Below are positions 13,367 through 26,717 of a stretch of 64,000 bases of DNA, in pieces. The notes under the pieces are model-generated. The model was not told the origin of the DNA, ran no database searches, and saw only the letters and a program-made list of their open reading frames with translations. The number at the start of each line of letters is the position of its first letter. The first letter of the stretch is position 1. Source of the stretch: Felis catus (taxonomy: Eukaryota); the NCBI RefSeq assembly GCF_018350175.1, contig NC_058368.1, positions 153,452,001 through 153,516,000 on the forward strand, read 5' to 3'. The translations under genes and the position numbers were made by a program.

Positions 13367-13429
13367 TAAATGTATCACTTTGTAATCTTATTTCTTCAAG
13401 CTAAGCACTTCTCTAACTTGGGCTCAGTA

Positions 13430-13673
13430 TGACACTGCTGTGGGATGACCATCCGTAAGATTCTTAAAGGCTTATTATTTTACTGAGAAGATCCTTAAAG
13501 AGCTTCTGGTCTGATTGGAAGGTTCTGTGAGGCACTATATTAGATCTTTCTAAAATCCTACCAAATAATTTATCAAGCCTTCAGTTTCATTTTTAGACAC
13601 TGTTTTTCTGATAGTGCACTAGATTTCATCTCTGCCCCAAAACTATTTTTTTAAGTTTATTTTATTTATTTTT

Positions 13674-13710
<37 letters not shown>

Positions 13711-14570
13711 CCAGAAAGAGAGAGAGAGACAGAGAGAGAGAATCCCAAGCAGGCTCTGCCTTGTCAGCATGGAGCCTGCAGGCGGGGCTCAATCTCACAA
13801 ACCACTAGATCATGACCTGAGCTGAAATCAAGAGTCCGGACACTTAAACGACTGAGCCACCCAGGTGTGTGCCGCCCCTGCTTTTATGAAACTATTTTTA
13901 ATTTTAGAATCATTTGCTGTGTAGATAGGCTGAGAGTATGAAATAGTTTTATTTTCAAGCGTAGCAAGTCTTGGCTCCTCTGTTTAATAGTTCATTCTTT
14001 AGCTTATCTTTCTTTGGCATTTTATCATCGGCAGTGAGAAGAAGCCAGGTGGTGATTTTGTTATACTTCCTGAAAATCTCCTTAGCTAGATCTTGGAATT
14101 CATTAGGTACATTTCTCATCTTCCACATGACCACAGGCAACAGTGTTGCCATACTTTGGGCCTCTGCTTAACAAGTGAGCCTTTTCTGCTTCCAATGACA
14201 TTTTTCTTACTTTGCCTGAGCCCTTGCTGACAGCCCTCGTGAAGCCCTCTAGGCTTCCATAATACTTCCGTGGAGGCTCTTTAGGTTTCCACTAACAGTC
14301 TTCTCAATGTCATCCCACTTTCTGCTCACAATCTGGTCCTACAGATAATGCTACATGTCTTAGGACTTTATTTTAGCGGTGCTCTGCTTCCGGGTATCAG
14401 AATCTTTCCTTAATATTTACTGTTCTGAAGCAAACCACTCGAAGCCATAATGGTTTAAAACAACAACAGTCCATTCATTATTACCTGGTGTGGACTGGGC
14501 TTAGCCAGGGAGTTCCCACTGGAGATCAGTCTTTTGGTGGCATTCAGATGCTGGCTAAGACTGGGACCTT
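13430..14570 (-). mobile_element. MaLR internal region (MLT1-int, ~13430-14404) with adjoining partial 5' LTR (~14405-14570)
   Basis: Decayed MaLR-internal ORF peptide WKMRNVPNEFQDLAKEIFRK..TWLLLTA at 13955-14152; int/LTR junction tgctctgcttccgggtatcagaatc resembles the reverse complement of the MLT-int start; LTR-like tggtttaaaacaacaacagtccattcatt follows. Confidence 0.7.
13646..13878 (-). mobile_element. Can-SINE
   Basis: Long (GA)n, agaatcccaagcaggctc, gatcatgacctgagctgaaatcaagagtc; TSD-like aaactattttt at 13640 and 13889. Confidence 0.95.
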
Positions 14571-15039
14571 AGCTTGGGCTATTTTTGTGGTCTTGTTGGA
14601 AAATACAATCTGACACAATAGCTGTATCAGAATAGTTTAAATTTTAAATCTTACATAGAAGCCTTCTCTGGTTTATTGAAACAAACAAACAAACAAAAAA
14701 AGAACTTATTGAAAGTATAGTATGTAAATTATAGTGCTGATGGAATGTCAGGAAAACTAGACTCAGAAAATGTGAACCAAAAGGCCAGTGGAAGGTAATG
14801 ATGATGTTGTACTGGATGAAGGACGAAGAGGACTAGGAAGTAGTCATTAGAGCAACAGAATCTACTTTGCTTCTCAAGTTGAAATATGGAAAATGTGGGA
14901 ATGTGGAATATGGGACTAATGGGAGAATTTGCCTATAATGGGGAGGGCGAGGTGTGTTAGTAACTTAATGATTTCCTCCATGTACACTTTGATTTTGCTT
15001 CTCGTTTCATTGTAGTAACCACTCTACTATCTCCCACTG

Positions 15040-15323
15040 TTAAAAGCTGCTCATCCTTCAAGAGTTGCCTCGAATGCCGATATTCCATATGCTTTTCTGG
15101 ATTTGCCAACTAGAATTGATTTCTCCCTCTTCTAACTCATACTGCACTTTCCCCCTCTCTTATGAAAATTACTGTACAATGTTTAGCATTAAAAGGTTGC
15201 AAACCTACCTTGTCAACCTAACAAGGTATAACTTCTTGAGGGCAATGGCTGTGGTTTAGATTTCTATATATCCCCAGAGTATCTCAAAGCAAAAGGTGCT
15301 CAGACGTATTTGTTGAATGAATA
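15040..15323 (+). mobile_element. L2 3' end fragment
   Basis: aacttcttgagggcaatggc...aggtgctcagacgtatttgttgaatgaataa. Confidence 0.65.
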
Positions 15324-15675
15324 AGGTCGGTACCAAGTTAAAGATTCTGCAAGTAACTTAGTGATAAGTTCTGCGTGAATATTTCCTTTTCATTGCTTTA
15401 AAAAGCCAAACAAATAATTCCCTTCCCTTAATGTATCATTAATTAAAAACTTTCAGAAGATAAAACATATGCAGAAGCTTTATCTTATTTAAAAAAATAG
15501 TTTGAGATTAATGATTGGTATTACCTCAGAATATCGAGTAAGATAAAACAGAAAAATCTCTCCAAATAATTTCCTGATCTCTAATTTTAACCAATGACTT
15601 AAAGTGATTTTTGTTTTACTCTTAGGTAAATGCTTTCAATGGATTACAAATAGTTTCGCTGTTAGATGAGATCAC

Positions 15676-15898
15676 TTTTTTTTTCTTAAAAATTTTTTTA
15701 ATGTTTTTATTTTTGAAAGAGAGAGACACAGTGTGAGTGGGGGAGGGGCAGAGAGAGAGGGAGACACAGAATCTGAAGTAGGCTCCAGACTCTAAGCTTT
15801 CAGCACAGAGCCCAACATGGGGCCTAGACTCACAAACCATGAAATCATGACCTGAGCTGACGTCGGATGCTTAACCAACTGAGCCATCCAGGCATGTC
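15676..15898 (-). mobile_element. Can-SINE
   Basis: gagagagagggagacacagaatctgaagtaggctccag...actgagccatccaggca. Confidence 0.95.
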
Positions 15899-16101
15899 TC
15901 AGTTTTTTTCTTTATTTAAATATGGATGTGTTTGTAATATTTAGATTGTTATTATGGTTGAGAACCTCTATTTTTACTTATATACTTTTATTTTAATGTT
16001 CTGACAAGACAGAAAAGTGGACATACGCAAAATCAGATTTCAGCCAAACAAAAGTATATGTACAATGAAAACTTACAAATTTGAAAAAAAATATTTAGGG
16101 G

Positions 16102-16642
16102 TGTGGGAGCCAGCCTTCAAGATGGCCCTCAGTGATTTTTACTTTCGATATTCATGACCTTGTGTAGTCCCCTTCTATACTGTGCCGGGTTTGGTTTGTC
16201 TGTGATGGACTGTGATGGACTGTGATGGAAGTGCCAGCATTGTGACTTTTACAGCTAGGTTGTAAAAGACAGTGCCTCTTCTGCCATGTGGTCTCAGATC
16301 AGTCACTCTGGACAAATTCAGCTGTCATGTCATGAGGACATTTAAGGAACTTTCTAGAGAGTTCCACGTTGAAAGGACTGATAGCCTCTTGCCAAAAGAG
16401 TCAGCGACAACTTACCAATCACCTGAGTGAGCCATCTTGGAAGTTGATCCATCAGCCACAGTCAAACCTTAGGACAAATGCAGTTCTGGCACCTAGACTG
16501 TAACCTCATGTGAAACTCTGAGCCATAACTGCCCAGCCATGCCACTCTTAACATCCTGACCCAAAGATAATAAACTATTATTGTTGTTTTAAGCTATTAA
16601 ACTTTGGGGCAATTTGTTGCACAGCAATAGATAAATAATAAG
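16102..16642 (+). mobile_element. MaLR solo LTR (MLT1F-like)
   Basis: Starts tgtgggagccagccttcaagatggccc; contains gagtgagccatcttggaag; ends aatttgttgcacagcaatagataaataata. Confidence 0.85.
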
Positions 16643-18709
16643 AACAAGTGTTTGTTAAACTTACAATATGCAAACATAAGGCAAGTAACTGTGGTGAGGA
16701 TAAGGACACATAAAGATTTCTTTAATTGGATAACCACAGAGCTTGCAGTGCAGATATTTTTCCAGTAAGTAGTATAGTTGTCAAGAACTAAGTAGAAAAT
16801 GTGTTGGACGTAGATTTGGCAAGGAAATTATTGTTTTTTTGCTGTATGATGATTTGAAGATGGGTACCATACTGTACATATGTTCAGCTGTGACAGCTAA
16901 AGTTATTTCTCCATTAGAGACTTTTGCAACAGGTTCTACCAATATCCATTAACTATGTAGCCCTATTGATAAAAAGCATATGTCCATTTATAGATCAAAA
17001 TATTTCAGTAAAAATACCACCTTTGTATTTTTGAAAATTCAACATCATAGCAAATGATGCCTGGGTTCTGTGGCTTTGCTGGATGCCTCTCCATATGGGG
17101 AGCTGAGCCTGAATACATGCGGTAATGCATGCATCACCACATACTCACTAATGAAGCAAGGTAAAGAAATAGAAAAGCTTTTCATTCCCTCAACATGCAG
17201 CTGGTGTGTGATACCAGATGTAAAATCATTGATGTTCTTGCCAAGTTCTCAGGATCATGGCATGATTTATTTAAACTCAGGCAATCAAGAATATGTTGAT
17301 TTTTTTTTTAAAAATAGTCAAATTCAAGGAGAATGATTAGTAGGTGAAGATGAATATATCTTTTAAAATAAACTATTGGCTGTATATTAAATATGAAATT
17401 CATATTTATATCTTTCGTGCCTTCTTTGTAGGTTATTGTGGTTTTCCTCTGAAGAAAGAGTTAATGACTTTACTTTCTAATCCCTCAACTCCTGCAGAAT
17501 TACTTTGTCATGAGTCACATAAATTCCCTAGAGCTGTCATTGAAAAAAATCTGTTACTTTGAAACCAATGTTACAGTTGCCTATCCAAAATGGACAGTAA
17601 ATGGCATGTCTTCTTTGAATAGTGTCAAGCATTTCCTATGATACTTTACAATGTATATTAGATTTGAGTATAACAGAGGCTAAGCCGCAAGGTTTCTTCC
17701 AGAGGGATCGTTGCCACCATCTGCAGTATCAGGACAAGAAACATCACAAGGGTTGGAGAATTTTTTCTCCCCTCAGAAGAACCTTTTTATCTGGAAGTAG
17801 AAACTACAGAGAGCGTTCTGGGTGACTTGTCACCATTAGGGGCAGTTGCGATCCAGAACTAACAGAGAAGGAAACTAACTTTTATCAAGTTTCTGCCACG
17901 TGCCAGGCACTCCAGTATCTTACTTGATTCTCAAAACAACCTTGTATTTCAGTAGCAAAATTTCCCTTTTTTCTCACCATACAATCACAGTGGACATAAA
18001 AAAAGAAGTCGTGGTAAAATATGCATAACCTGAAAAGTTTCCGTTTTAACTGGTTTTTAAAGGTGCAGTTCAGTGGCATTAACTACAGTCATGTTGTTTG
18101 GAGCCATCACCACTGCCCAGAACTCCACTGTAAGCATTTGTAATCATGGAGCACTTCTCATAAATCACTTACACTTTGTAAATAGGTGTAATCTTGTTGG
18201 AATCTTACACTAACTCGAAAAAGTAGAGACATTTCCCACTTTTATGCATGAGGAATCATAAGCACACAAATGTTAAATAAGGCCTATGGTCGTACATTGG
18301 TAGGACTGGTCTTTAAGCCCAGGTCATGTTATTCTAGAAGTTGTCTGTTTAATCTTACCCCACATTGCCTCTATTATGGGAATGCAGACATAGGACCTTC
18401 ATGGAACTCCTTCTATATTAATCGTTCAGAATAAATCACGCTTCAAGGAAGGCATGGAGGGAGGGCCAAACGGGGGCCAGAAAAGGGTTTCCCAGCACAG
18501 AGCAACACTGCTAGCCCAAGAGGTCCTTTGCAAAAGTCAGAAAAAGGTAAATCTTCCTCCAGGAAGTTTTCAATTAAAAAGCTTTCTGAGAGAAAATTTT
18601 CCATAAAAAACACAAAAATTTATAATTGTGATGTGGGTGACACATCCTGGAGTTGTGCAGTATATATAACTGTCATAACTGTATGTGGCAACTCTGTCCC
18701 TTAATACCC

Positions 18710-19339
18710 TGTTATGGGCTGAATCATGTCTCTGTAAAATTCATACTTTGAAATCCCAACTCCCAATTCCTCAGAGCATAATGGTATTTAGAAAGAAGGT
18801 TTCTAGGGGCCCCTGGGTGGCTTAGTCGGTTGAGCGTCCAACTTTGGCTCAGGTTATGATCTCACTGTCCATGAGTTCAAGCCCCATGTTGGGCTCTGTG
18901 CTGACAGCTCAGAGCCTGGAGCCTGCTTCAGATTCTGTGTCTCCCTCTCTTTCTTCCCCTTCCCTGCTCATAGTCTGTCTTTCTCTGTCTCTCAAAAATG
19001 AATAAACGTTAAAAAAAATGAAAAAAAAAAGAAGGAAGGTTTCTAAAGAAGTGATTGAGTTAAAATGAAGGTGTTTGGGTGGGGCCCTAATCCACCCCAA
19101 GTGTCCTCACAAAAAGAGACAGTGACATGAGGGGTGGCAGGCATAGGAGGAAAACCATGTGAAGAGGCAGCAAAAAACCAGCCATTTCTGTAAGCTAATG
19201 AGAGAGGCCTCAGAGGAAACCATTCCTGCCAGCACCTTGATCTTGGACATCCAGCATTCTGAAACTATGAGAAGAAAAATTCTGTTTAAGGTGCCCCGTC
19301 TGTGGCATTTTGCTATGACAGCTCTGGCAAACTAATGTG
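18710..19339 (+). mobile_element. MaLR solo LTR (MLT1A/B-like), interrupted by a Can-SINE
   Basis: tgttatgggctgaat...gggtggggccctaatcca...gagaggcctcagaggaaacc...ctgtggcattttgctatgacagctctggcaaactaat. Confidence 0.85.
18806..19029 (+). mobile_element. Can-SINE
   Basis: Full length; TSD agaa(a/g)gaaggtttcta (18790-18805 / 19030-19045). Confidence 0.97.
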
Positions 19340-21122
19340 CACCTCTGACATTTTCAACTTACAAAGTTAAAGCGTTCATACAGATAGTCTATGATGGGCA
19401 TTCAGGATGATGGGCAACACACACACACACACATAGGGCAAGAGTGAGAGGTAGGGAAGGAGGGGAGGGAAGGAGAGAGATACGAGAGAAACCTCCTTAC
19501 ATGGTCTAAAACTCTCAGCATCTTAACAGCTTGATGCTTCTAATTCCACACCCTGTACTCTTCACCTGGTACTGGACCACCTCTCCTTTGTAGCATCAGT
19601 TACATTATTATGACATATTTTCATGAAATCATTTGAATAATCTTTTCGCACTGTGTTCTGTGCTCTGTGAGAAGAGATCTTCCTTCTGCCCTCACTATCT
19701 ACATTATGAATGTCTCATAGTAAGTAACCGATAAGTATTTGTTGGGTGAATGAATGGAGGAAGGAAGGAGGGAGTGTATGCCTGAGTGTATGCCTGATCT
19801 TGTGAATGTTTTCAGTCAGATTATTACCTGATTAACAGTGATACATACATCCAAGAAAAATGAAAGTATAATAATTATGCAGAATAACAATATATTTTTC
19901 CAGTTAAAATGACTGAAGTGTACCCAGAAGTAAAACATGGGTTCATTAGAGTACTTTGCTTAAAGGATTTATTTTTATTTGATGACATACAAACCTGAAG
20001 TCTGGACCATTTTCTGTCATTAGAAGTCCCATGCCTTTTCTTAACGTGCCAGGTTCAATACGCCAGCCAAATTCTAGCAATTATGCGTTTCCTTCATAGA
20101 ATTCCCGAAGAGCATGGATTCGGAAGATAATTTTTTTCTTTCCCCTGTTGGCTGTTATGGCCATTTATTAAAATCACCAGTGTGTAATGCAGCTAGTGGA
20201 AAATACCAGCTTGGGCCACAGCCATAGTTATGTTCTTTGGATCAACAAACCACCACAAGTTAGTGAGACAATTATTTGATATAGGAGAGTTTGAACTCAA
20301 GGGTAGATTGGCTTGATAGTTAAAATGATTAAGAATAAAAAAGAGGGGAAACTTGAAATTACTATACAACCCCTTTAACTGGTATTTTCAAACTCCTATT
20401 TATTCATGTTCCAGTACTAAGAATTTTACATGTATTATATCATTTATTTCAATTTTTACCCAACCCTGTAAAGTTGGTACAATTATTGGCCCACTTTTTT
20501 AGATGAAGTAACTAACTCTGGCTGAGTGAGCTTAAGCAATTTGGTCAAGGTGACCCAGCTATCACTACAATCCAGACTTTTCTTTCTTTGTGTACTGGTT
20601 ACAAAAATACTGCATTTATTATGGTGTATAAAATAAAGTGTTAAGAACAAAATAAAAAAAACAATAACTGCAAAGCCAGAAACAACCACGACTGACATTT
20701 TGGTGAGTGTCTTTCTAGTGTTTATTTTCCATGATTGGATGGGTCTTGTAAAATGGTATAATATTTTATATAGTATTTTGTAATTGGCTTCTAATTTTTA
20801 TATATTATTTTATAGAGCAGATTTATACAGCAGCACTATTAGTGATTATATACTATTCTGATTTATTAATATAGTATATTTAATCATTTAAAAATTTTTT
20901 AACATTTATAGTTATTTTGCTATTAAAAATCATAATTAAAGTTTATACACAAATTTTTACATGCATGATTATTTATTTTGGCTATATTTCTAGAACTAGA
21001 ATTAATGCTTTAAAGGTAAAATATTCATTTTTTATGTTAGTTGTAAAAAATTTCTGTAATAGGATATAAATTGTCAGAATTTATAATTAGATATAATTTA
21101 TATTGTCTAAGTTCTCTCTCTC

Positions 21123-21346
21123 TTTTTTTTATTTGTTTATTTTGAGAGGCAGAGAGCACAAGCAGGGGAGTGGCAAAGAGATGGAGGGAAAGAGAATCCC
21201 AATCAGGCTGTGCACTGTCAGCACAGAGCCCAATGTGGAGCTGGACTTGGGGTTCAATTTGTAGTTCAAACTCACGACTAGGAGATCATGACCTGAGCTA
21301 AGATGAAGAGTGGGAGACTTAACCAACTTAGCCACCCAGGTGCCCT
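21123..21346 (-). mobile_element. Can-SINE
   Basis: gagatcatgacctgagct...ttagccacccaggtgccc; taagttct on both flanks. Confidence 0.92.
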
Positions 21347-21405
21347 CTCTTAAGTTCTACGGAAAAGATAGTTTTTTCTGAATTCATGGATGGCCGTGTC
21401 GGCGG

Positions 21406-21413
21406 CTTCTTCT

Positions 21414-21445
<32 letters not shown>

Positions 21446-21686
21446 TTCTTCTTCTTCTTCTTCTTCTTCTTTTCTTTTACTTTATTTTGAGAGAGAGAGA
21501 GAGAGAGAGCGCGCGCGCGACAGGGGGAGGTGCAGAGAGATAGGGAGGGAAAGAATCCTAAGCAGTTTCCACACTGTCAGTGCAGAGCCGGATGTGGAGC
21601 TTGATCTCAGGAAGTAACCTTGAGATCATGACCTGAACTGAAATCAAGAGTCAGACGTTTAACTGACTGAGCCACCCAGGTGCTCC
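21406..21686 (-). mobile_element. Can-SINE whose tail carries a (CTT)5CCT(CTT)16 repeat (21406-21471)
   Basis: SINE body 21472-21686; tgaattc(a/c)tgg on both flanks. Confidence 0.93.
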
Positions 21687-22544
21687 TGAATTCCTGGGCT
21701 TCTTAAGGAAAAATTCCAATTTTCTCTTTGTTTACTTACTCACCTTGCATGGACGGTGTCTTCCCTAAGATCTAGGGAGTTCCCTAAGAACTTGAACTAG
21801 GCTAAAGAACTCTGATTCTGTGGTGGGGATCCAAGGTGCAAGTAAACTTGGCACACGTGGGAAATGGTTGCAAAAAAGCAAGATGAGGCTAGACTGAAGA
21901 TAGACAAAGTAAAGGTTCTGTTCTATTGTAAACAGAAGGATAATCATTTTGGTTTTTCCTTTCTATTTATTATCCTATAGTCTTAAAGTCACTTTTTTTT
22001 CAATTTTTGGGAAACGAAATTTCTTTGCCAACCAAAACCCTTTCTGTAAGGAAAGAGGTTATTTTTGTACAATTTTTGGTAATGCATTATAGTAAATATT
22101 TGTGAACAGTTTTTTGCTTGGAATGAAAATTATCTTCGGTAGAAACTATCAACTGAAATATTACCCTGCTTGATTTATTTGACCTAATTATTGGTCCTTA
22201 AAACAATACTAACCCCAGATGATATCTGTGTTTATTACTACTATTTCACATCAGTTGTTTTGTTGATTTGGGGTGTGCAGTTTTACAAAGCTTTTTTGTT
22301 TTTAGAATGATAGTTTAGTGTGGGATCTATCTCAATATCTCACACTATAAATTGCACAAACAGCACCTTTTCCATGGAAACAAATGGAGTTTTAGTTTAA
22401 AAAGCATTTAAAATATACATCCTTGCTTCTCAGACCAGATCTTTTGAATTAGAATATCTGAATAAGCATCACAGGTAGTTCCATGGCACTCTAAAGCTTG
22501 AAAAGCACTATTTGAAAACAATACATGGAGCAATCATTTTGTTT

Positions 22545-22826
22545 CTGCATTTGTTCACATACAATAGCTCCTGAACCCTCTGTCTGTGAGGGGCAGTATG
22601 CCATTCACTGAGAGATACAAGAAGACAAGCAAGACATGATTCTTCCTTTCAAGGGCAGGTAGCCTAGTAGGGAAAGTGAGATCCTTGAATAAAAATAATA
22701 ATGATGGTATGAAGCAATATGTTTTGCTGTAAAATGAAGGCAGCAGGAAAAACTTCTGTTGGGGGATCTGTGGGAAGGTGAAGTGAGACTTAACAGGGAT
22801 GGAAGACATCTGAGCTGACACCAAAA

Positions 22827-22871
<45 letters not shown>

Positions 22872-23050
22872 TTGGAATGTGCTGGGGCTGGGAGACTGTA
22901 TTACAGGAGAAGGCAATGGCGGTGGGGCGTCAGGGCAGGAGAGTGTGGTAGGGAACAGAATTATAGCCAGCATGGCTGGTGCCCAGGAAGTCAGGAGAAA
23001 GTAAGACTGAAAGGCAGTTTGAGGTGTATTTGGAAGTAGCTTGCAGTATC
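22545..23050 (-). mobile_element. L2 fragment containing (TG)20 at 22831-22870
   Basis: aagacatgattcttcctttcaagg, ggaagacatctgagctgacacc, gccagcatggctgg; TG units counted. Confidence 0.65.
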
Positions 23051-23081
23051 TGTACAGCAGACAAGGGGGGATCTGGAATAC

Positions 23082-23148
23082 TTTTTTCAAGAAAATAAGT
23101 TTAATTCTTTATTTTGAGAGACAGAGAGCTGAGGGGAAGAGAGACAGG

Positions 23149-23192
<44 letters not shown>

Positions 23193-23319
23193 CCCAAGCA
23201 GGCTCCACACTGTCAGCAGGGAGCCTGTTAAGGGGCTGGAGCCAATGAATCATGAGATCATAACTGAGCCGAAATCAAAAGTCAGATGCCTAACTGACTA
23301 AACCCCCCAGGAGCCCCCC
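23082..23319 (-). mobile_element. Can-SINE
   Basis: (GA)n, agaatcccaagcaggctcc, catgagatcataactgagccgaaatc; gaata(c/t)tt on both flanks. Confidence 0.93.
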
Positions 23320-24684
23320 GAATATTTGGGATAAGAATAGTGACCCAATCAAGGCAGAGCTCAAATTCAAAGCTGAAGCCACCTGCTGGATAGAATGTTT
23401 GGAAGAGTCAGGGAGTCAGGTGTGAGGTCAAAACTAAATTAGAGTTGAAGCAATGGGAAAAGAAAGCAGCAGAAAGTTGCAAAAAAGTGCCGAAGAGAAA
23501 AACAGACCCAAGTTAGTGTTTAATTAGATATGGTGGGGGTGGGTGAGGAATGAGGCAGGATGACTCATGTTTGGAGCCTGAGAGAACAAGTGTACCCTTA
23601 ACAAACAAGGAAGTCAGCAGAAACTGGTTCTCGGGGAAATTTAATTTTAGAAATTTTAAGTATGAGGTGCTTTCAGGGTATCCAAATTTAATCCCTTTGT
23701 TGGATCCTTTGTTGCAGGGGGTAACAGGCAAGTCTGTTCCATTACCAGAGAGTCCTACTATTACCCAGTTGCTTACTTCACTTTTTCCAGTGGGTTCTCT
23801 CCTCTCTCCCCCAGGCTTCTTTAACTTCTTCCAGCGTGAGCATTGTCAGGTCTTTTCTATACATTGTTAGATTCAAAAGACTGAAGAATCTGTAAGACAA
23901 GTAAACAGTTTTCCTTGTTAATTTTGATTACTTCTCCTACTAAAGTGACAGTGGGTCACGACGGCAGCCCATAACAATTGTTTTCACTAGGTTGTACCAA
24001 AGATGCCTTCCATGCTAGCAGTAAAGCCATGGAGGAAGGACAGAGTGAATTGGGGAGAAAGAATATCCCATCTTATCACCCAATACACCTCTACAGTTAC
24101 ATAAGTGGTCAGGGTTAGAAAGGGATTGATAGTTTGGAAATTATTTGCATGGAATTGAGTGGGAAAGCAGTGAAGTAGTTGATTTTCTGAGTGTATGCTT
24201 TAGCAAGTTTTGTTTTACAATGCGTATTTTGTTGGTGGCTGACTGCGTCTTCTGAAATGGATCATACTGTACTAGGGCACAGTGAGTCATTCCACATTGT
24301 TTTCCTCAGTTCTACTCTGCATTTGTCCCTCATCAACTTCCTCTTATCTCTACAGTGTTTCTGTCTAAGCATTTCTCCTGTCTCCGCTAAGGTCGGAGGA
24401 CAGGAAAATAGACTAAAATCACCATTGCATCAACAAGGGGTTTCTGGAGTACCTTGTTTGCGCTCACAATCATTCTAGGTGTTTCAGTCATATCATATGA
24501 GTGACTGAAAATAGGTAAAAAAAAAAAAAGGTTGACTTTTATATGACAATTATTAAAAGTTTGATTGAGTTATCGAGAGAGGTCATATATTCTAAATGTG
24601 GCAGAAATGGTTAAGTTGCATGCTCCCTGTTAGTAATGGAACACAAGGTCTTTGAGATTCTTGAGATAATATGGATATATTTTC

Positions 24685-24911
24685 TTTTTTTTATTTTTAA
24701 TTTTTTTTAATGTTTATTTATTTTTGAGACAGAGAGAGACAGAGCATGAACAGGGGAGGGGCAGAGAGAGAGGGAGACACAGAATCTGAAACAGGCTCCA
24801 GGCTCTGAGCGGTCAGCACAGAGCCCGACGCGGGGCTTGAACTCACGGACCGTGATATCATGACCTGAGCTGAAGTCAGACGCTCAACTGACCAAGCCAC
24901 CCAGGTGCCCC
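24685..24911 (-). mobile_element. Can-SINE (relatively young, CpG-rich)
   Basis: Perfect 17-bp TSD aatatggatatattttc (24668-24684 / 24912-24928). Confidence 0.97.
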
Positions 24912-25930
24912 AATATGGATATATTTTCAGTTAAAGTTTTGCTGACAATGGGTTGATTATTTTTCACTTTTTTTCACACTTGTGTAAGAGAATCCTGTGT
25001 CATTATGCTTGTGACTGTTTTTATAAATGATTACATTATATGTACCACATCCTCCATATTGGCTTGTATGTTAGCCAATGAAAGAAGAAATTCCATTCTT
25101 TCACTTCAAGCTTTTTTCAGTCATTGTAGTAATAAATTATATATTATAATCAGTTCTGAATCATATTCTTTAAATGAAAATGATAATTTTCTTTCTGTAT
25201 ACAGTAGATATTATGGAAATGACAAAACTTTTTTATTTGCATTAAGGGAAAGGGAATAGTATCCTAATTCAGCAGGAGGTATTTTTGTTTTGCATAACTA
25301 AGACATTTCCAATTTAAAGAATAGTGGTAGGTTAAGGTTCAGGGAGGTTAGAAAAAGACTGATGTAATGTATCTTCTCTTTTTCTGCAGATTTCTATGAG
25401 TTAGACCAAAAGCAGACTTCTACAGGATCTTTGGGTCCAGGGGAAGCTAATTTGCGGCAAATCTGCTTTACAGTGTCCCAGTCCCTTTGGCTGGGGCCTG
25501 AGCCCTTGAGCACAGAGTTCTTGCCTGCCTTCCCCTAACACTGTCCCCCGTGAAAGCCCTAACCTTGGCCCCTGCTGTTTTCCTTGGTGGCTCTGATGGA
25601 AGGAGCAGAAGCACCTTGTATGTGCTGGGCATGGAGGATATATTTTGGGGCAGTGTTTTTTCTCTTTATCATCTCTGTTCTGACTACTCTTTGGGCGCAG
25701 CTTTACTCTGATTATAGAAAAGCTAAACAAGGTGAAACTTTAGTCCAGGAACTTTTTCAGTTCCATTAGTTTTTGAGAGGAAAGGGTTTGTCAAATAATC
25801 TCCCTGCTTATTTGTTTTCATCCTGCTTTGTGGGAAACATCTAGGTAATTGATTGATCATTTAATTACTACTGTCAGGATAGTTGGCAAGTAAAATCTCT
25901 AAGCTTATTTTCCTATCTAAAGTGGGCATA

Positions 25931-26114
25931 TGGGCCACCTGGGTGGCTCATCCAGTTAAGTGTCTGACTCTTGATTTTGGCTCAGGTCATGATCTCACCG
26001 TCATAAGATCGGGCACTGCACTGGATGTGGAGCCTGCTTAAGATTCTCTCTCTTCTCTCTCTGCCTCTCTACCCTGCTCATGCTCTCCCTCTCATAAAAG
26101 AAAAATTTTTTAAA
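25931..26114 (+). mobile_element. Can-SINE (shorter-body type) inserted in a MIR relic
   Basis: cacctgggtggctca...tggagcctgcttaagattctctc; TSD aaagtgg(g/a)cata (25919-25930 / 26115-26126). Confidence 0.9.
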
Positions 26115-26717
26115 AAAGTGGACATAACCAATGTCAATTTTAGGTTTATTCTGAGGATTAAATAAGATCATTCATAATACCTAGAACATATATTTGATAA
26201 AACAATCATTTAAGTTCAATTTATCACCAGTATTGTGATGGGCTAAATTTCATTGTTCTGAATTTCAGGGTTTTGAGAATGGCATGAATAATTTTATATT
26301 AACTTATATAATAGCAACCACTTACTTAGTGCTTACTACATGTGAGCCTCTGTTTTGAACCCTTAATATTAACCTGTTTGATTCTGACTACAGCATCAGG
26401 AAGTGAATTCCATGATCTCCATTTTATGAAGCTTGGGTAGAAATAAATTATCTAATGGCAGCTTGTTAAAGTCCTGTACACCTGATCATACTATACTGTC
26501 TCCTTTTCTAAATACTCAGTGTCTTATTTTGAAAGCACAATACACAAACTTGAACAGTTGTTCTGTGTTGATTGTGAGGTTGACCTCAAGGTGGGAAGTG
26601 TTGCAATTGGATGGAAAAAGATTATGGACTTGGAACACTATGATAGGGTATACCATGGATTGGGTTGCTGGGAACAACTTTCTTCCTTTCTAGATAATTG
26701 GCTGTATTTCATATTTC

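Noticed and set aside
25355..25740. Strong-looking acceptor ttctctttttctgcag|A at 25390
   Set aside because: No convincing donor downstream (aag|gtgaaa is weak) and no recognisable product
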